Shown: positions 36,610 to 50,235, counted from the first letter of the whole stretch. The stretch: DNA of 63,175 nucleotides, filler included, from Gonapodya sp. JEL0774 (GCA_027604505.1; 33 parts of 33 records of this genome joined end to end with filler, not necessarily neighbours in it); one strand, 5' to 3'. A program made the numbers and translations. Notes: a model not told the origin generated them from the letters alone.

Positions 36610-38382
36610 CTAACGTGGGTTTCCCTTGCTCCACCACTCCGAAAGGGTGCTCTGCCGTCCAACACTTGGATTGCCGGAAGCACGTCCAACTGGCCGCATT
36701 TTTGAAGGTGATCGAACAGATAATCCAGCTTTTCGGATAGAGTCAGAATATTGCCCTTTCATGCGTGAACTTATCCCGACTGCGCATGCTTTATCCTCCA
36801 TATCTGTTCGCGACACCAACAGAACATCATCATCGTCAGAATCCACAGTCAAGTCCACCACGTCCTCCAACGTGACCGTCATCTTTTCTGCAGATTCAGA
36901 GGCGATAACGGCAAAGGACAAATTCGTGTGTTGCGTTGTTGCGAGGTCTCCGTCCGGTTCAGCACTCGCGGGCGAATCAATAATGTCACTATCTGCAAAG
37001 CCTGATTCAGATTCCGTAAGCTTCGTCAGAGTACACGACTGTTCAGTCTGTTTGTGATGGTTGTGTGGGGGTGAACTGACCGGAGGCTCCTTCAGTGCAT
37101 TTGCTTCGACCTCCAAATGTCCCTTTCCGTCTCCAGGAACAATTGGTGCAATTACATCTCGTGAAGGGGCTCCCAAGTACTTCGAGAATTGTTTTCGGAC
37201 TTTGTCCATACCCCTTTCCCTTCTTTCACGCTCGGTAAGAGTCTCGCCCTTAGATTCTGAGAACACTGTGGGCACGAGGCTGTCAGGCCGTACAAAGTCC
37301 ATAAAAGCACACAGTTCCGAGAAGGAGGAATGTTCAGAATATGGTACTTGGAACACGGAAAGGTGCGGTAAGGAGACAGAGCCACCATCGCTTGGCGCGC
37401 GGTACTTGTGGTCAGCATGAAAGGGGCGTTCGGGTGAAAAGTGTTTCGCTGCGTCATGAGTCCACCCAGTAGGAACGAGGGCAAGCAAACGAGTGAAGGA
37501 ACTAGAGGTGGTGGACCAGCATCCCTCCTTTGGCAGTTCGACAGCCGAGAGCGGCTCAGACATCATTAAGTCACATGTCGGAGACGAATGACGACTTCTC
37601 TTTGCAGGCAGCTGACCTTCATCTTCTGCTGACAGTGAATCCAATGGAGCACTGCGCTTGCTTGCACCACCGGAGAAAGGTCCGGTTTGTACGTCCTTCT
37701 GAGGGTTCTTGTTAATGTCCTCCAGCTCGGAACCACCCGTCTCCATCCTATCTTCATAAATATCCGATAAAAGAGTCTCCGTATCGTTGGAACTAGTGTT
37801 CTGATTCTCACTTTCCAGTACTTTGGCGAGATAACCCCAATCTGGGCAAAATTTCCAGCCTCCTGGCGCCATCGCTCCTATCAATCCCCACGGTACCACG
37901 TGCAGAGACGTGGATCGCGGATCTGTCGTGAGCAAATCTTCAGTCAGGTAGGGAAGCTCCAGAAGACGGAGAATTCGAAGCTTCCGGGTTGAGACACACG
38001 CCCGAAGTCCTGTAGCGGAATGGATGGCACGAAGTGCACGTTCCTTGCCAATCGTATACGTGGCAATGAGGAAGAGAGACCGCTCTCCGATTTTGGAGTC
38101 TTCCAAAAGGCGGTCTTTCACGATCCGGGCTAGGGTATCGGTTGTGTGCTCCTGTGAGGGAAACACGTGCTTCGGATGAGCGTACGTCGTATCAAGATAG
38201 AGAGTGCATACTGGGATTCTAGGAGCCGCTACATCCCAGTGGGCAAACCAGCCAGGCCACGATGGGTGATTGACCGAATCGAATCGGAAGTCTCCTGTGT
38301 GGAATACAGCGCATGGAACGGGAGATGTATTCCTCGTATGACCAGAAGATCGCGAAAAGAATGCATGGGTCGCGGAACGAGC
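36610..38382 (-). CDS. PSO2: SNM1/PSO2 (DCLRE1A-like) DNA cross-link repair nuclease, 3' part
   Basis: LYLDTTY...FPSQE, TYTIGKER, PTGWT and VPYSEHSSFSEL...VPTV (beta-CASP). Confidence 0.9.
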   Translation of the reverse strand, partial: ARSATHAFFSRSSGHTRNTSPVPCAVFHTGDFRFDSVNHPSWPGWFAHWDVAAPRIPVCTLYLDTTYAHPKHVFPSQEHTTDTLARIVKDRLLEDSKIGERSLFLIATYTIGKERALRAIHSATGLRACVSTRKLRILRLLELPYLTEDLLTTDPRSTSLHVVPWGLIGAMAPGGWKFCPDWGYLAKVLESENQNTSSNDTETLLSDIYEDRMETGGSELEDINKNPQKDVQTGPFSGGASKRSAPLDSLSAEDEGQLPAKRSRHSSPTCDLMMSEPLSAVELPKEGCWSTTSSSFTRLLALVPTGWTHDAAKHFSPERPFHADHKYRAPSDGGSVSLPHLSVFQVPYSEHSSFSELCAFMDFVRPDSLVPTVFSESKGETLTERERRERGMDKVRKQFSKYLGAPSRDVIAPIVPGDGKGHLEVEANALKEPPVSSPPHNHHKQTEQSCTLTKLTESESGFADSDIIDSPASAEPDGDLATTQHTNLSFAVIASESAEKMTVTLEDVVDLTVDSDDDDVLLVSRTDMEDKACAVGISSRMKGQYSDSIRKAGLSVRSPSKMRPVGRASGNPSVGRQSTLSEWWSKGNPR

Positions 38383-38614
38383 NNNNNNNNNNNNNNNNNN
38401 NNNNNNNNNNNNNNNNNNNNNNNNNNTTAATTAATTAANNNNNNNNNNNNNNNNNNNNNNNNNNNNNNNNNNNNNNNNNNNNGAAGTAGGTGATCCGTGT
38501 GTTTCGAAAAGCTTCGCGTCCGTGAGGAGGCTACTCTGCACATTGTACCAACACATGCGCGTGATTACAGCGAATTCGAACTCACAGGAGGATCATACAG
38601 TGAAGAGAGGAACT

Positions 38615-40260
38615 CACCATCAGACCCACCAAGTACCCTCGCACCCCTTTGACTCTCACTCCCAAATCCAACACTTTAGCAGCCAACTGCTCACCAACTG
38701 CGACTCCTGAGAACCTCACCAGGTCCACGAGCACGTCCGCATACCACTCAAAATCCGACACTTTCTCGTAAACGTCCTGGGTACAGAGCCGAAGGATGCG
38801 TTGGACAACTTCGAGGCGGTAAGCAGGGTCCAGAACGGGCGGGGGGCGAGTTTTTCCGGCGGCGATGGGCTTTGTAACTGGTACAGTCCGCGGCATCAGG
38901 TGAACTAGAAGGCGTTTGACTAGATCCTGTATATTTTTTGGGGTCACCTGCACCATGCGTTGTGATGAAGAGCACTCAATTTCAGTGCGAAAAATATTCT
39001 ACTTGAATGTGTCCAAGACTCACCAGGTTCGACACAATCTCAAGAGCTCTCAGCCGAATACTGACGTCGGGATCCTCGAGGCACCCCAGAATGGTTTCTC
39101 GATATTCTGACACAGCCTTCGGATTCACCGGGAGTAGCTTGAGCAAGAGGTATAGTCCCAGGTACTTCACTTGTGTTTTGAGAGATCAATCTGACATGTT
39201 AAATGTTCGCACAAAATGGTTCTGTGAAACTCACGATTGGGATCCTGATCCTCTACAAATGCCCTCAATTTGGTGACACATGCCGTGGCGAGCTGGTTCA
39301 CTTCTGTTCCAATCGTCCCCGCCACCTCGGGACTCAAGAAACCTCCCGTTAGCACTGTGTGAATACATTCGTAAAGGAGGGACATAGCCCGTGTTTGGTT
39401 TATTAGGTTCGTTAGGGGCGCAACAAGTTTTCGAGCAAGGCGAGGTTCTTCTGGAGTAAGCAAGCCGAACTGTAAGGGCAAGAGGAACAATGAAGTAGCG
39501 TCAGAAAATATGCTGCAGGTGTCCCCGGGCCGAATATTGGAAACCTAACTAGTTTGACAATTTTGATCAGCATCCAGTTATTGGAACTGCTAGTGAGGAT
39601 GTTGTACAGTTGCGGGGCGAGAAGTATGTAGTTGCGAGGATTGGTGTTCGCGAGCTCGCAAATGACGTTCACAGCCGCGGACACGACACCTTATGGACAG
39701 TAGATAAAATGACGAGGTGAATGGAACAAAACTGGGGTTTGAGTTGCAGAGCCCAAGGAATCAAATCACCTGCGTCCTCATCCTCCAGCTTTTCTTTCAG
39801 TCTTGGGAACGCCTGTTTCAGTGCATCCGGGTACTTGAGGAACACCTTGAACATCAGCAATGTGACACGTTTTCTGACATATGGCCGAGAATGATTTGTC
39901 ATGGCGATAAGGTCGGGGAGAAGGGAACGGGCTAGATCGGTATTAATGATAGCCGCAAGACCCGACAAGGCGAGGGAAACATCGTATGGGGAATTTGACG
40001 AGAGATCCTGAGAGGAACATTCGCGGTATAACTCGCGGTGATTACACATGAACAGACGAGAGTTGCTTTCTAGTCAAGTCCCCAAACATTCATACCTTCT
40101 TTATAAGATTAGTACAAAGGAGGAGCACCTCGCTGTCAGGTTGGAAAGAGGATGCCGCGGCGAGATATCCCAATCGCTTGTGAGAAAATTTCTGCGCTGC
40201 CATGACCTCGACAACGTGAAAAGACGCCCATGTCATGTCATAGCCGAGCATAGATAGCTT
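38615..40260 (-). CDS. AP3D1: AP-3 complex delta adaptin, internal part
   Basis: FHVVEVM, HSRPYVRKR, SAAVNVICELA..NP.NY..LAP, NNWMLIKIVKL, EPRLARKL and AMSLLYECI. Confidence 0.95.
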
Positions 40261-41076
40261 AACAGGTCATAGAATGTCCAGCGCAACCAAAAAAANNNNN
40301 NNNNNNNNNNNNNNNNNNNNNNNNNNNNNNNNNNNNNNNTTAATTAATTAANNNNNNNNNNNNNNNNNNNNNNNNNNNNNNNNNNNNNNNNNNNNAGTCA
40401 TTAGGTCCGTTTGGCGGCAGAGTGAGAGCAGGTCCAGATGGGGAATAATATTGCATTGGTGGTTTTGGTGCCAGGATGTGCGGACTGCCCCACCCCAACA
40501 GTGAAAATCAGACACCTGCTCCGGCCACAACTCAACCCAGCTTCTAATAATTAGCTTATGTGCCAGTCCGCCGCACATATGGAGCACATCTGGATCAAAT
40601 CTGGAGTGCTGCTGGATTTGCAGCAAAGCACATCCCAATAAATTGGGTGTTCAACACCACGGACCGGAACTGGCTCCCCTTCTCCCTATTCTCCATAATC
40701 ACTGTAACAATCCTACTCCTACATACATATGCCCCTAATGCTCATGTCCCATATCCGGGATGCATGGGATTGACTGCAAACTTCCATACTCACGTCCATT
40801 GACATCCACGCTCCAATTCGTGTGTTGTGTGTGTGCTCCAGATATGGCCGCGCAAATATCAAGTGCAACCTTCACACGTCCATGGGTCTTCTTGTTGGGA
40901 GCAACGAAGGAATTGGTTACTAATGTGCTTGGACTTGAATGAGACTGGGTTGGGAGTTTTACTGTGCTGTGAACAGTACAGATTATGGTGCCACGATTGA
41001 TGGTGACGAGCTGAAAGCAAATGTCGGGCTTCCGCCCGATATGGGCGGGAAATGGTACAGTCGTGGGCTCCACACT

Positions 41077-41599
41077 AGTAGTGGGTTTCAAAGTTCGACC
41101 GAATAGGTCGTCCGAATAGAAAGGGTTTGATTCGGAAGGGTGATTCGGACGGATTCGCACGGAGGGGTTTCAAAGTTTGTGGCCGTCCGAATCGTTGGCA
41201 CTAGAATGGAATCCACGTCTCAGCAACTTGATTGCACTTTCACCATGACACCAGGACCCACGAACATGGGGTCAGATCGCAAGCTGCTGGAAGCGAGCTC
41301 CGCTGACTATCAATACCAATTTGGGGTCTCCATCGCGGTCTCGTGCATCAGTGACGATTTTAGTAATTTGCATGATCAATATATTCTTTCCTCTTTGTAT
41401 TTTGCTTTCAATCGAACCCCAATATGGTATGCTGAATATAGATTCGGCCTGCAAAGCGATTCGGAGGATTCGGATGGATTCGGAGACCAAAAGTGGTTGA
41501 CGAATCCGTCCGAATCGCCGGAACTTTTTCCGAAACATTTTTTTGATTCGGACGTCCTCATTCGGAATTCTATTCGGACGAACTTTGAAACCCACTACT
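41077..41599. mobile_element. Non-autonomous DNA transposon (MITE) with 30-bp terminal inverted repeats
   Basis: AGTAGTGGGTTTCAAAGTTCGACCGAATAG (41077-41106) matches the reverse complement of 41570-41599 at 29/30 positions. Many internal (G)ATTCGG(A)/TCCGAAT motifs. Confidence 0.8.
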
Positions 41600-43866
41600 T
41601 CAACTTTGTTCCGCACTCGAAGACAATTTACTGGCGCCCACACCTCTTTTCAGAAGTAAATGAGCATCCCACACTCGCATTATCTTCGGGATGGACCAAT
41701 CGGGGCAAAGGAGCAGCCATCAGGCATTTTGGGCGAGAATCGTTATATCACCCCCACACGCCGTTTATCCTTGATTCTCCGATAAATCGCTTACATCTTT
41801 TGACAAATGAATCTGTCATGGAGAATCTCGGCTCCGAGTGTTTTGGAAGAGATTTCTCGAGGACGACAGGTCGGGATGTCATGAAGTTCCAATACATATA
41901 GAAGAAAAAATCGGGCGATGGGAGGTAGTAGATGAAGAAGAGTTACTTTTTGTCTGCATGTACAATATAGTCAGGTATTAATCGCACGAGACTTCTTTGT
42001 GGTTGCTGAAGGTGCTTCGGGTCCCATGTCGGTGCTTTCTCAAACATATAAATAATATATGAATTTATCCGGACACATCCCTAATATATCCAAGCCATCC
42101 GGAGCAGGCATTTTATTCCATACTGTGACGTCCCTGCCGCTCGTCACCCGCTCCCAAGAATGTGGAAGCACAATTGGGCATTTGAAAGTGTAAGTCGAGA
42201 AACACAGNNNNNNNNNNNNNNNNNNNNNNNNNNNNNNNNNNNNNNNNNNNNTTAATTAATTAANNNNNNNNNNNNNNNNNNNNNNNNNNNNNNNNNNNNN
42301 NNNNNNNGTCGCATCTCTTTTGAAGGCAGCGTTGTTGGGGGTGAGCTGAGCGGAGCGACCATTCTATAGCAATCCAACAAAGACCGTGGGAGCTCACCAT
42401 GTGATTGAAGAAACAAGCATCGCAAGCTCTCAATCGAGTAGAACGGCGTGGACGGGTTCTGCGCATCGGAGGTTATGATTTTTTCATGGGATTTTTGGTT
42501 ATAAATACTATGGCATCAGTTGTGCGTTATGGAATTCTGCCGCTTCTGCCGATCGAGAAGGTTCACATGACACAGCAACTCAGCGTGAGACCACTCTGTG
42601 TTTCCCGTAATGCCCGAGTTTGTAAGCGCTAAGTCGTCAACGCAAGCTGTCGTGCGGACATCGCAAAACTCGAATTTCGTAAGCAAACATACCACTGATT
42701 ATCGTCGAGCGTTATTGACCACCGGCGACGTCATAGTGATAGAGACAGAAGGTGCAACAGAGCTTCAGCGACTGGTAAATCCAAAGCTTCAGTCCAAATA
42801 AAGTCAGTACTGCCGGCTCTCAGGGTTCCTTCAAACTGAAGAGTCATTCGGGGGAAGTATGCCGGGTTGTACATCGATATGTTTGCAGATCGTTACTGTT
42901 GGTTCTTGGGAATTGCAGCTACCTTCATTGACCTTAGAGACACTTCACTGTCGTCCCACGATTTTTTGGGACTCGGGAGTAGCGCTGACGTTACGAACTC
43001 TCGAAACTGGGTCGTTGGACAACCTTTGGGGTTCAGTGGTCGCTCATACATGTGTAAATACATTTGTTGACGTATGGGGAAGCGCAAACGCATTTCAAGA
43101 AACCCACAGTGTGCGGCGCCGGCACTGAGGTGTTCTGCCCCCAAAAGCCAAAAAAGTGTGATCTTATGTGTTGAGAGTGGACGCCTCAGTCAAAGTGCAA
43201 GATAACTTTTGTGGATGTGTATGCAAGGAGTTGAGAAAACGACCGATCAAGTCCGGTCATCATCCACCCCGGTCGGAAACGAATCTTTGTACCTGGAGGG
43301 TGTTCCGCGACAATTGCAGAGAGGAGAGTCGTTCATGGAGTTACTTTTCTTTTTACAGGCAATTTCCACTGGCAGAAGAACTTGAGCGCACTATTTCGGT
43401 GACGGACCATCGAACTTTCGGCATGTACATGACTGACCATCGAACATTCCCGAAGCAGTTTTCACAACAACATAGTCATGTGTCTGCCAGTCCGGGACAA
43501 GACCTAAAACAGTCCAACCGAGAATTCGGCCCAACATTCTGCCTGTTGCTTACGAGACGATGTGGGTATGGGTGCTGCCTGATCCACCTCGCCAGGTAAA
43601 CAAATTTGCGATAATTTATTGCGGAACCGGAACCGGGGAACATGATACATGAGAACAGCTCAGTAGAAACTGTCAGCATGATAGAATAGAAAAATAGCCG
43701 TAAAACCTTCTTCGGAAATGGGTTTTGTCAAATTTGAGGGTGGTGGTCAACAGCGCCCTTCGTCAGACCCCATGAGGGTGTTCGGTGAGATTTAAGGGCC
43801 CCTTCATATTGCCACAGCGGGCAATTCAACTGATCCGGAAACGTTTCTGTATCTTTGCAGCGAGAA

Positions 43867-44100
43867 ATGTCGAGTGAACAAGAGGACGTGGCTCTCAAAG
43901 TACCAGCCGAGGAAAAGACTGCGACAAACGAGTATGTGAGCAAGTTCTCGCCTGCAGAACAGGCCGCCATTCTTCGAAAGTATGTAAGAGTTTCGGAAGT
44001 CTCCGATATTCAAGCGATCAGCGTTTGATATAATACTTTCGCGACCAAAAGAATCGACTGGCATATCATCCCATGGAGTGCTTGGCTTTACCTCTTAAAC
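43867..44100 (+). CDS. MFS transporter (allantoate/nicotinate permease, ACS family), first two exons
   Basis: MSSEQEDV...EQAAILRK|IDWHIIPWSAWLYLLN with intron 43980-44051. The next donor GTGAGT is at 44101. Confidence 0.8.
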
Positions 44101-44219
44101 GTGAGTGCCCGAGGGCGAGNNNNNNNNNNNNNNNNNNNNNNNNNNNNNNNNNNNNNNNNNNNNTTAATTAATTAANNNNNNNNNNNNNNNNNNNNNNNNN
44201 NNNNNNNNNNNNNNNNNNN

Positions 44220-46030
44220 TGCCCCAGCTCGTGGAAGTAGCTTCAGCATGCCAATTGGGGAATGCCATGCATTAGGGAACCAGAAGACTTAGCTGCAACA
44301 TAGTATGAGACTCACGTCACCACTTCGTCATGCTTCAGCAAACTGGGCTTATCCGAAGTAGGTTTGCTGAAGTTGGCGACCTACAAGTTCACGAGTTTAA
44401 GTCGCAAGGTACAACTCTGTGAGGTCTCGAACGACCAGGCAACGCACCATTGCGGCCACCGGGTGCTGTCTGGAGCCGTCCTTCTTGACAAAGCCAGGAA
44501 CAAGACCAAACTGATTTGGGAGACGCGCTCTATTGTCCATAATCACAGAACCTCGTGTAGCAGTGACATTAACTCACGCAGGCCGCATGGGTGTACTTAT
44601 TGTCTCGTGGAAAGAGGTCCAAGTAGAACTGGCCGATGAACTCTCCCGTCACAGAGTCGGAAACTTCAATAAGACGAACATCGGGATGCCAGGTCGGAGC
44701 GTTGGGCACTGCGTTTTCATATATGTTCGACTTGGAATCCTGACGCCAAGTTGCCCAAGACAGAGATATCTGCACCCACCTTCAACGCAAACGAGACCAA
44801 GGACTTCCTGATAAATATCGAGCATGTTATCGGTGACGGTCGACAGAGAAAAGCTATCGGAATTAAAGTCAGAGTGTACCCGCTGATGTAGTTATAAGCA
44901 CACTCACTACTGCTTGATAGCTTGGTCATCAACTTCATATTCCTGTAAACGGTCCAATACTAAAACTGAGAATCCAAGCAGAATGATTAGCGCCGACCTC
45001 TTTGCGCACAGCACCTTCTCCAAAAGCAAGCGATTGTAGTAGTTGACTGAAGGAAAAGTGAGAAGAGCACGTCACTCAAGCATAAAACTACGAGCACGCT
45101 GTTTCAACGCAATAAACATACAGTCCCATGAGTTTATTCTTCCATCAAAGAGCTCCTTAAGCTCCTCCTTCTCCTTCCGTTTGAGCTCGAGGAGAATGGC
45201 CAGCTCGTGTTTCGCATATGGAATAAGCCGGGCGGTGAGATCGTCCAGGAAATCTGTAACCTGCCAAGAAATATTTTTTGTTTAGTCATTTAAAGGGTGT
45301 GTTCTTGCGTCGCATGACTATACCTCCTTTGGCGTCTTCGCCATCTTAATTTCCAGTCTGAACGCTGCATGATTTGGATACCCCATAAGGTTAGCTACAC
45401 GGCGACGAAGCTTGACAGTCTCAGTCATGTGTGCCACATTCTCTGATGGTGAATTCAGATTCAAATGGGGAGAATCAGTTCCGGGCAATGAATGCGGAAC
45501 CACGGGTTCACGGATGTATCACTGCGCTGACACCCACCTTCGCATCGAGCAGTGTTTGCAAAGTCAAGAGCCTTACGAGTGGCTTCGCGGCGACACATTC
45601 TCATGGCCGGGATGATATCAGGGTACTAAAACAGTGCTTCCGATATCAACCTTTCAAGCTCACAACGTCCAAGGGGAAGCAAACACGTACTTTCATTGTG
45701 ACCTTAAACATTTGTTGTCCATCCTTCTCTTCCGTCTTGAGTCCTGCGAAATAATCTTCGGGCATCCCGTCGAGCTCTTCTTTGGTGAAGAGCAAAGATG
45801 TTGCATCCTCATTCACGTTCTTGGAGAAGGCAATCGAGAGCTCTGACAAACGTTTCTGCCAAGAAAACGGACAGGGTCAGGTATCGTTGAGTATCTCCGC
45901 ATTTCGCACGATATTTCCTGAGACAAACCTTGATAACGGTCAGCTCATCCCTAACTTCTTTGGACAGAGCCAACCCGTTTCTTCGATAATCCAGCTCCAC
46001 CTTCTCCACAAATCTTAAGTCTTCCGCGCC
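44220..46030 (-). CDS. M3 family oligopeptidase (thimet oligopeptidase/saccharolysin), internal part
   Basis: RRNGLAL, MAKTP, WHPDV, FYLDLFPRDNKYTHAAC, ANFSKP...SLLKHDEVVT|YFHELG. Confidence 0.93.
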
Positions 46031-46130
46031 NNNNNNNNNNNNNNNNNNNNNNNNNNNNNNNNNNNNNNNNNNNNTTAATTAATTAANNNNNNNNNNNNNN
46101 NNNNNNNNNNNNNNNNNNNNNNNNNNNNNN

Positions 46131-47940
46131 ACAAGCACCAAACCACTCGCCATAGCCGTCGGATTCGGTACCATAGCTCTCCTCGAAATACACTCGAGGC
46201 TACAGAAATCGAAACAACCCTCCTTCTGGTCGCAAATTTCGAAAACAATACCCCCTGCGCTATTTGTGTTGCTCTTGGGCCTCGCTGTAGGTTATGCAGC
46301 GACTGAACTAGGAATTCCGGACTCGAGCTTGTCTTTGGTGGGTCCCGTCCCATCGGGTCTGCCTAAGTTTGTTCCACCGCAAGTTGCAAGCTGGGAGTCG
46401 ATACATCGCCTGATTACGCCGTCGGTATCGCTAGCCTTACTTGGATACATGCAAACGTTGAGTGTGGCCCTGAAATTTGCGGAGAAGGGGGGATACAAGG
46501 TTGATGTCAACCAGGAGTTACTGGCGTTGGGCGCTTGCCATTTGGTTGCATCATTTTCCCAAGCCATGGTGAGTTGTCAAGCCTCTTTTTCGTTTAGGGA
46601 TTGAAAAGAAAACAATCTTCATGGCTCAACATATGACTCTAATAGGATGTGTGTGGTTCTTTTTCTCGAACAGCCGTGAATTCAGCCAACGGCGCGAAGT
46701 CACAGGTTTCAAGTCTCGTATCAGCTTTAGTTGTGATCGCAGCACTATCGTTTGCGACACCTCTTTTTGCATACAGTAAGTCCTGTTTCTGATAATAGGG
46801 CTTCTTTATGTAGCTGAAATTATACTTTCGGACCCCGCAGTACCGCAGCCGACTCTTGCCGCCATAGTGGTACACGCGGTCATCAAAATGTTTGAGCTGG
46901 AGTCACTAATGAAGCTGCAGCGAACGAAGAAGCGAGACTATCAAGTTGCTGTCATCACAATGGGACTAACTGTGTTGGTGAGCCTTCGTCAAGGCATCTT
47001 CGTCGGGGAAGTCCCAATTTTGCATTTCATCCTCAATTTGTGATAGACTACGTCGCAAATCGGCCTCGCTGCGGGGATCGCCATCTCGCTCTTCCTCATC
47101 CTGGATCGCGCCGCACACCCGACATCCGTGACCTTGGGATGCCTTGATGTGCCACCAGTTCGCCAAGATCTTGGCAATTCAGATCCATCGCGCCGTGTTC
47201 ATGCTGAACATGGAACTTTCCGAAATGTGGCGCGATATCCCCAAGCGAAACAGTACCGGGGGATCATTGTTCAGAGATTCGATGCTGAACTTTGGTTTGC
47301 AAACGCTGAGTATTTCAAAGCAGTCGTACAAGGTGAGTTGTTTTGGAGTGGTTGATCGGAGTTGATTTCGTAGCTGACGTGAATCGATCTTGCTCGATCT
47401 ATCGTTGTCTGGGAACAGACGCTATCGAAAAGCGGCGAGTAAGTGGTAGAAAGGCGACAACCCGAACCCCACTCGTGGGGAACGCTCGACACGTCTCCGG
47501 ATATGGGTCGTTAGAAAATACAGCTCCGAATCGGGAAATCATGAGGCGACGGAGCCGGAATAATGTGGAAATAGAAGGCGCGGGCTTGCTCGAGACCGTG
47601 GCTCGTCGACCTTCAAATCCTAGCAGTTTGAGAGAAGAGGAAATCGAGGACGAAGACATTATTCGGGTTCTTGTCTTGGATATGTCCAGCATTAATGGTG
47701 AGAAAGATGTGTTCACACTGCTGGCAACGGTCCCCAAGGTAATAAAATTCTGTGGCTAGACTGTGACACTGCAGGCGCAGAAGCTCTTCTTGATCTACAC
47801 AGTAGCCTCCGTCTTGACGGTATCCAAATGCTATTTGCCAACGCTCGTGGGCCAGTACGCGACACGCTGTGGCGTCTGACAGGCGGCAATATTCTCACGT
47901 TTGCTGGACCGCCGAAATACAAAAGCACCACAACGAGTTC
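46131..47940 (+). CDS. SulP/SLC26 anion transporter with STAS domain, partial
   Basis: VGPVPSGLP, DVNQELLALG, GSFSRTAVN, RFDAELWFANA and VLVLDMSSIN. Confidence 0.93.
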
Positions 47941-48040
47941 NNNNNNNNNNNNNNNNNNNNNNNNNNNNNNNNNNNNNNNNNNNNTTAATTAATTAANNNN
48001 NNNNNNNNNNNNNNNNNNNNNNNNNNNNNNNNNNNNNNNN

Positions 48041-49756
48041 GGTCCCAAAACGTCGCAACCCTCGAAGTATATTCGCTACATCTACAATCGCGTTATTCTT
48101 GAAAACGCCACCGTGCGCGCAGCAGCCGTTTCAGCGCTTGCCAAGTTTGGCGTCCAGCTGCCTGATTTGAGGGAGAGGATAAAGGTGTTGTTGACGAGGT
48201 GAGCGTCATTTGAACGCAAATAGCATACTTTGCCGGGTCCTCATCAAGCAAGGCAATCTTAATAGATGCCTCGATGACCTAGATGATGAAGTGCGTGACC
48301 GTGCGGCGCTCTATCTAAAAGTTGTCGAAAACGAAGAGCTCGGCAAGATTTATCTCGACAACGGTGGGTGTTGGAATTTGGAGCCGTCGCTGACAGTCAT
48401 CTCATTCAATCGCGCCACACCTCTCCTCAATGTAGAGTCCACATTCTCTTGGATATCTCTTGAGCAGAACCTTGTCGGCTACCTCGGCAACCCTTCCGCC
48501 CAAGTCGCGCCATTCAACATCAACCTCGTTCCAGTGGTGTCAAAGTCCCAAGAAAAGGCCGAGAAAATGAGTTAGTCTACAATTGTTGCCGAATGTTCAT
48601 GGATGTTTCCCTCATGTTCCATTCCGATTAGGAGTGCAAGCGGCAGCCGACGCCGCGGGCGTTCTGCCCACTCTTAAAAGCCCCTCTGCTCCTTCACAAT
48701 CTGCAACTACGGCACCCATGCCTAGTTCTGCATTTATGGACCCCCAGCAGCGATACGCTCAAGAACTTGAACAGATCCCGCGGATTGCAGCGTTTGGGCC
48801 TGTTTTCAAATCTTCCAAGCCGTTCGAGCTCACGGAATCGGAGACCGAGTACGTTGTCTCTTGCATTAAACATGTCTTCTCCCGTCATGTGGTGTTCCAG
48901 GTGAGTGCATTTTTGAACCTCAATCATTGTGGAACGACCACTCACTCTCAGAAATCCCTCCGCCAACAGTTCCATTGCAAGAACACGCTCAACGATTCGC
49001 TATTAGAGAACGTGAATGCAGTTATGAGAATGGAACCGTCGGAAGACGAAGCTGCAGTGGCGCTGGCGCAGTTGTTCATTATTCCGGTAGAACGTTTGAC
49101 CTTTGACAAGCCAGAGTCTATATACGTCGCATTCGAGAGGCCGGTTGGTACGAGTCCGTCTGGTGAGTCCCCTTTAGGTATTTGGAATGAACTGTGTTGT
49201 TTACAGAGAGCTATATTCGTACAGTTTCATTCACTTGTTCGCTCAAGTTCACAAGCAAGGATTGTGATCCAAATTCTGGTGAACCGGATGAGGAAGGATA
49301 CGAGGACGAGTATCAACTTGAAGATGTAGAGCTCACTACTGCGGATTACGTCATTCCATCATACGTTGCGGACTTCAAGTCAGCCTGGGAAAGCATGGGA
49401 GACGAGTTCGAGGCTGTGGAGACCTATGCACTCACAGCTATGGCCAGCATTCGCGGTGAGCGTTGGATCTTCTTCACCAAAGAGACTCAGTATTTCAAGT
49501 GTTTTCATTCCGTTTGGTAGCGGCTGTGGCTCAAATCATAGAAGGACTCGGACTTCAGCCACTGGAGGAGAGCAGTCAGGTCAAGGATAAAGCCGCGACT
49601 CATGTATTGCTCTTGGCGGGCTCATTCGTGGGAGGTGTACCGGTGCTCGCACGATGTAGAATGGCGTTCGACCCCAGTAGCGGTGTCACATTGGAGCTGG
49701 CGGTGCGCTCCAAGAGTGAGACAGTAAGCGATACCATCGTGAATGGTGTTGTGTAG
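48041..49756 (+). CDS. SEC21: Coatomer gamma subunit, 3' part
   Basis: [60 protein letters not shown] and EEGYEDEY. Confidence 0.96.
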
Positions 49757-50067
49757 ATTAGCATATCGTCACATTGTTCTTAGTTTCGCGAATATCGGTT
49801 GCTCCATGGTGCTGAATTTCAAAATCAAATAATCTCGCACAAATTCAAACNNNNNNNNNNNNNNNNNNNNNNNNNNNNNNNNNNNNNNNNNNNNTTAATT
49901 AATTAANNNNNNNNNNNNNNNNNNNNNNNNNNNNNNNNNNNNNNNNNNNNCGAGTCCCACTCGAGCAATTCGTGCTCACATATACCACTTGTACGTTGGT
50001 AGGGTGGTTGCGTCGGCATCAGGTGGTGCGGTGCGACGCACTTGGTCAATGTATTCTCGCAGCAGCT

Positions 50068-50235
50068 TAGTGCTCCGACCCGCCGGTACCGGGCTGGGTT
50101 TCATGTCAACCCGTACCCGACCCGGCACAAATTCTTTTGATCCGGACCTGACCCGAACCCGACCCAGCGGGTTAGTGCTGTGTCTGACCCGGACCCGACC
50201 GGACCTGGTGCCGTCTGACCCGAACCGACCCGTGA
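50068..50235 (+). mobile_element. hAT-like transposon terminus with ACCCG/CCGACCCG subterminal repeats
   Basis: Begins TAGTGCTCCGACCCG and has a dense run of ACCCG-type motifs over about 170 bp. The other end is not in the contig. Confidence 0.55.

Noticed and set aside
41140..41901. 253-aa ORF as a transposase
   Set aside because: It has no DDE or BED motifs and runs through the repeats and out of the right TIR.
43400..43450. Direct repeat GACCATCGAAC twice at 30-bp spacing
   Set aside because: Only two units, an ordinary local duplication in the MFS upstream region.
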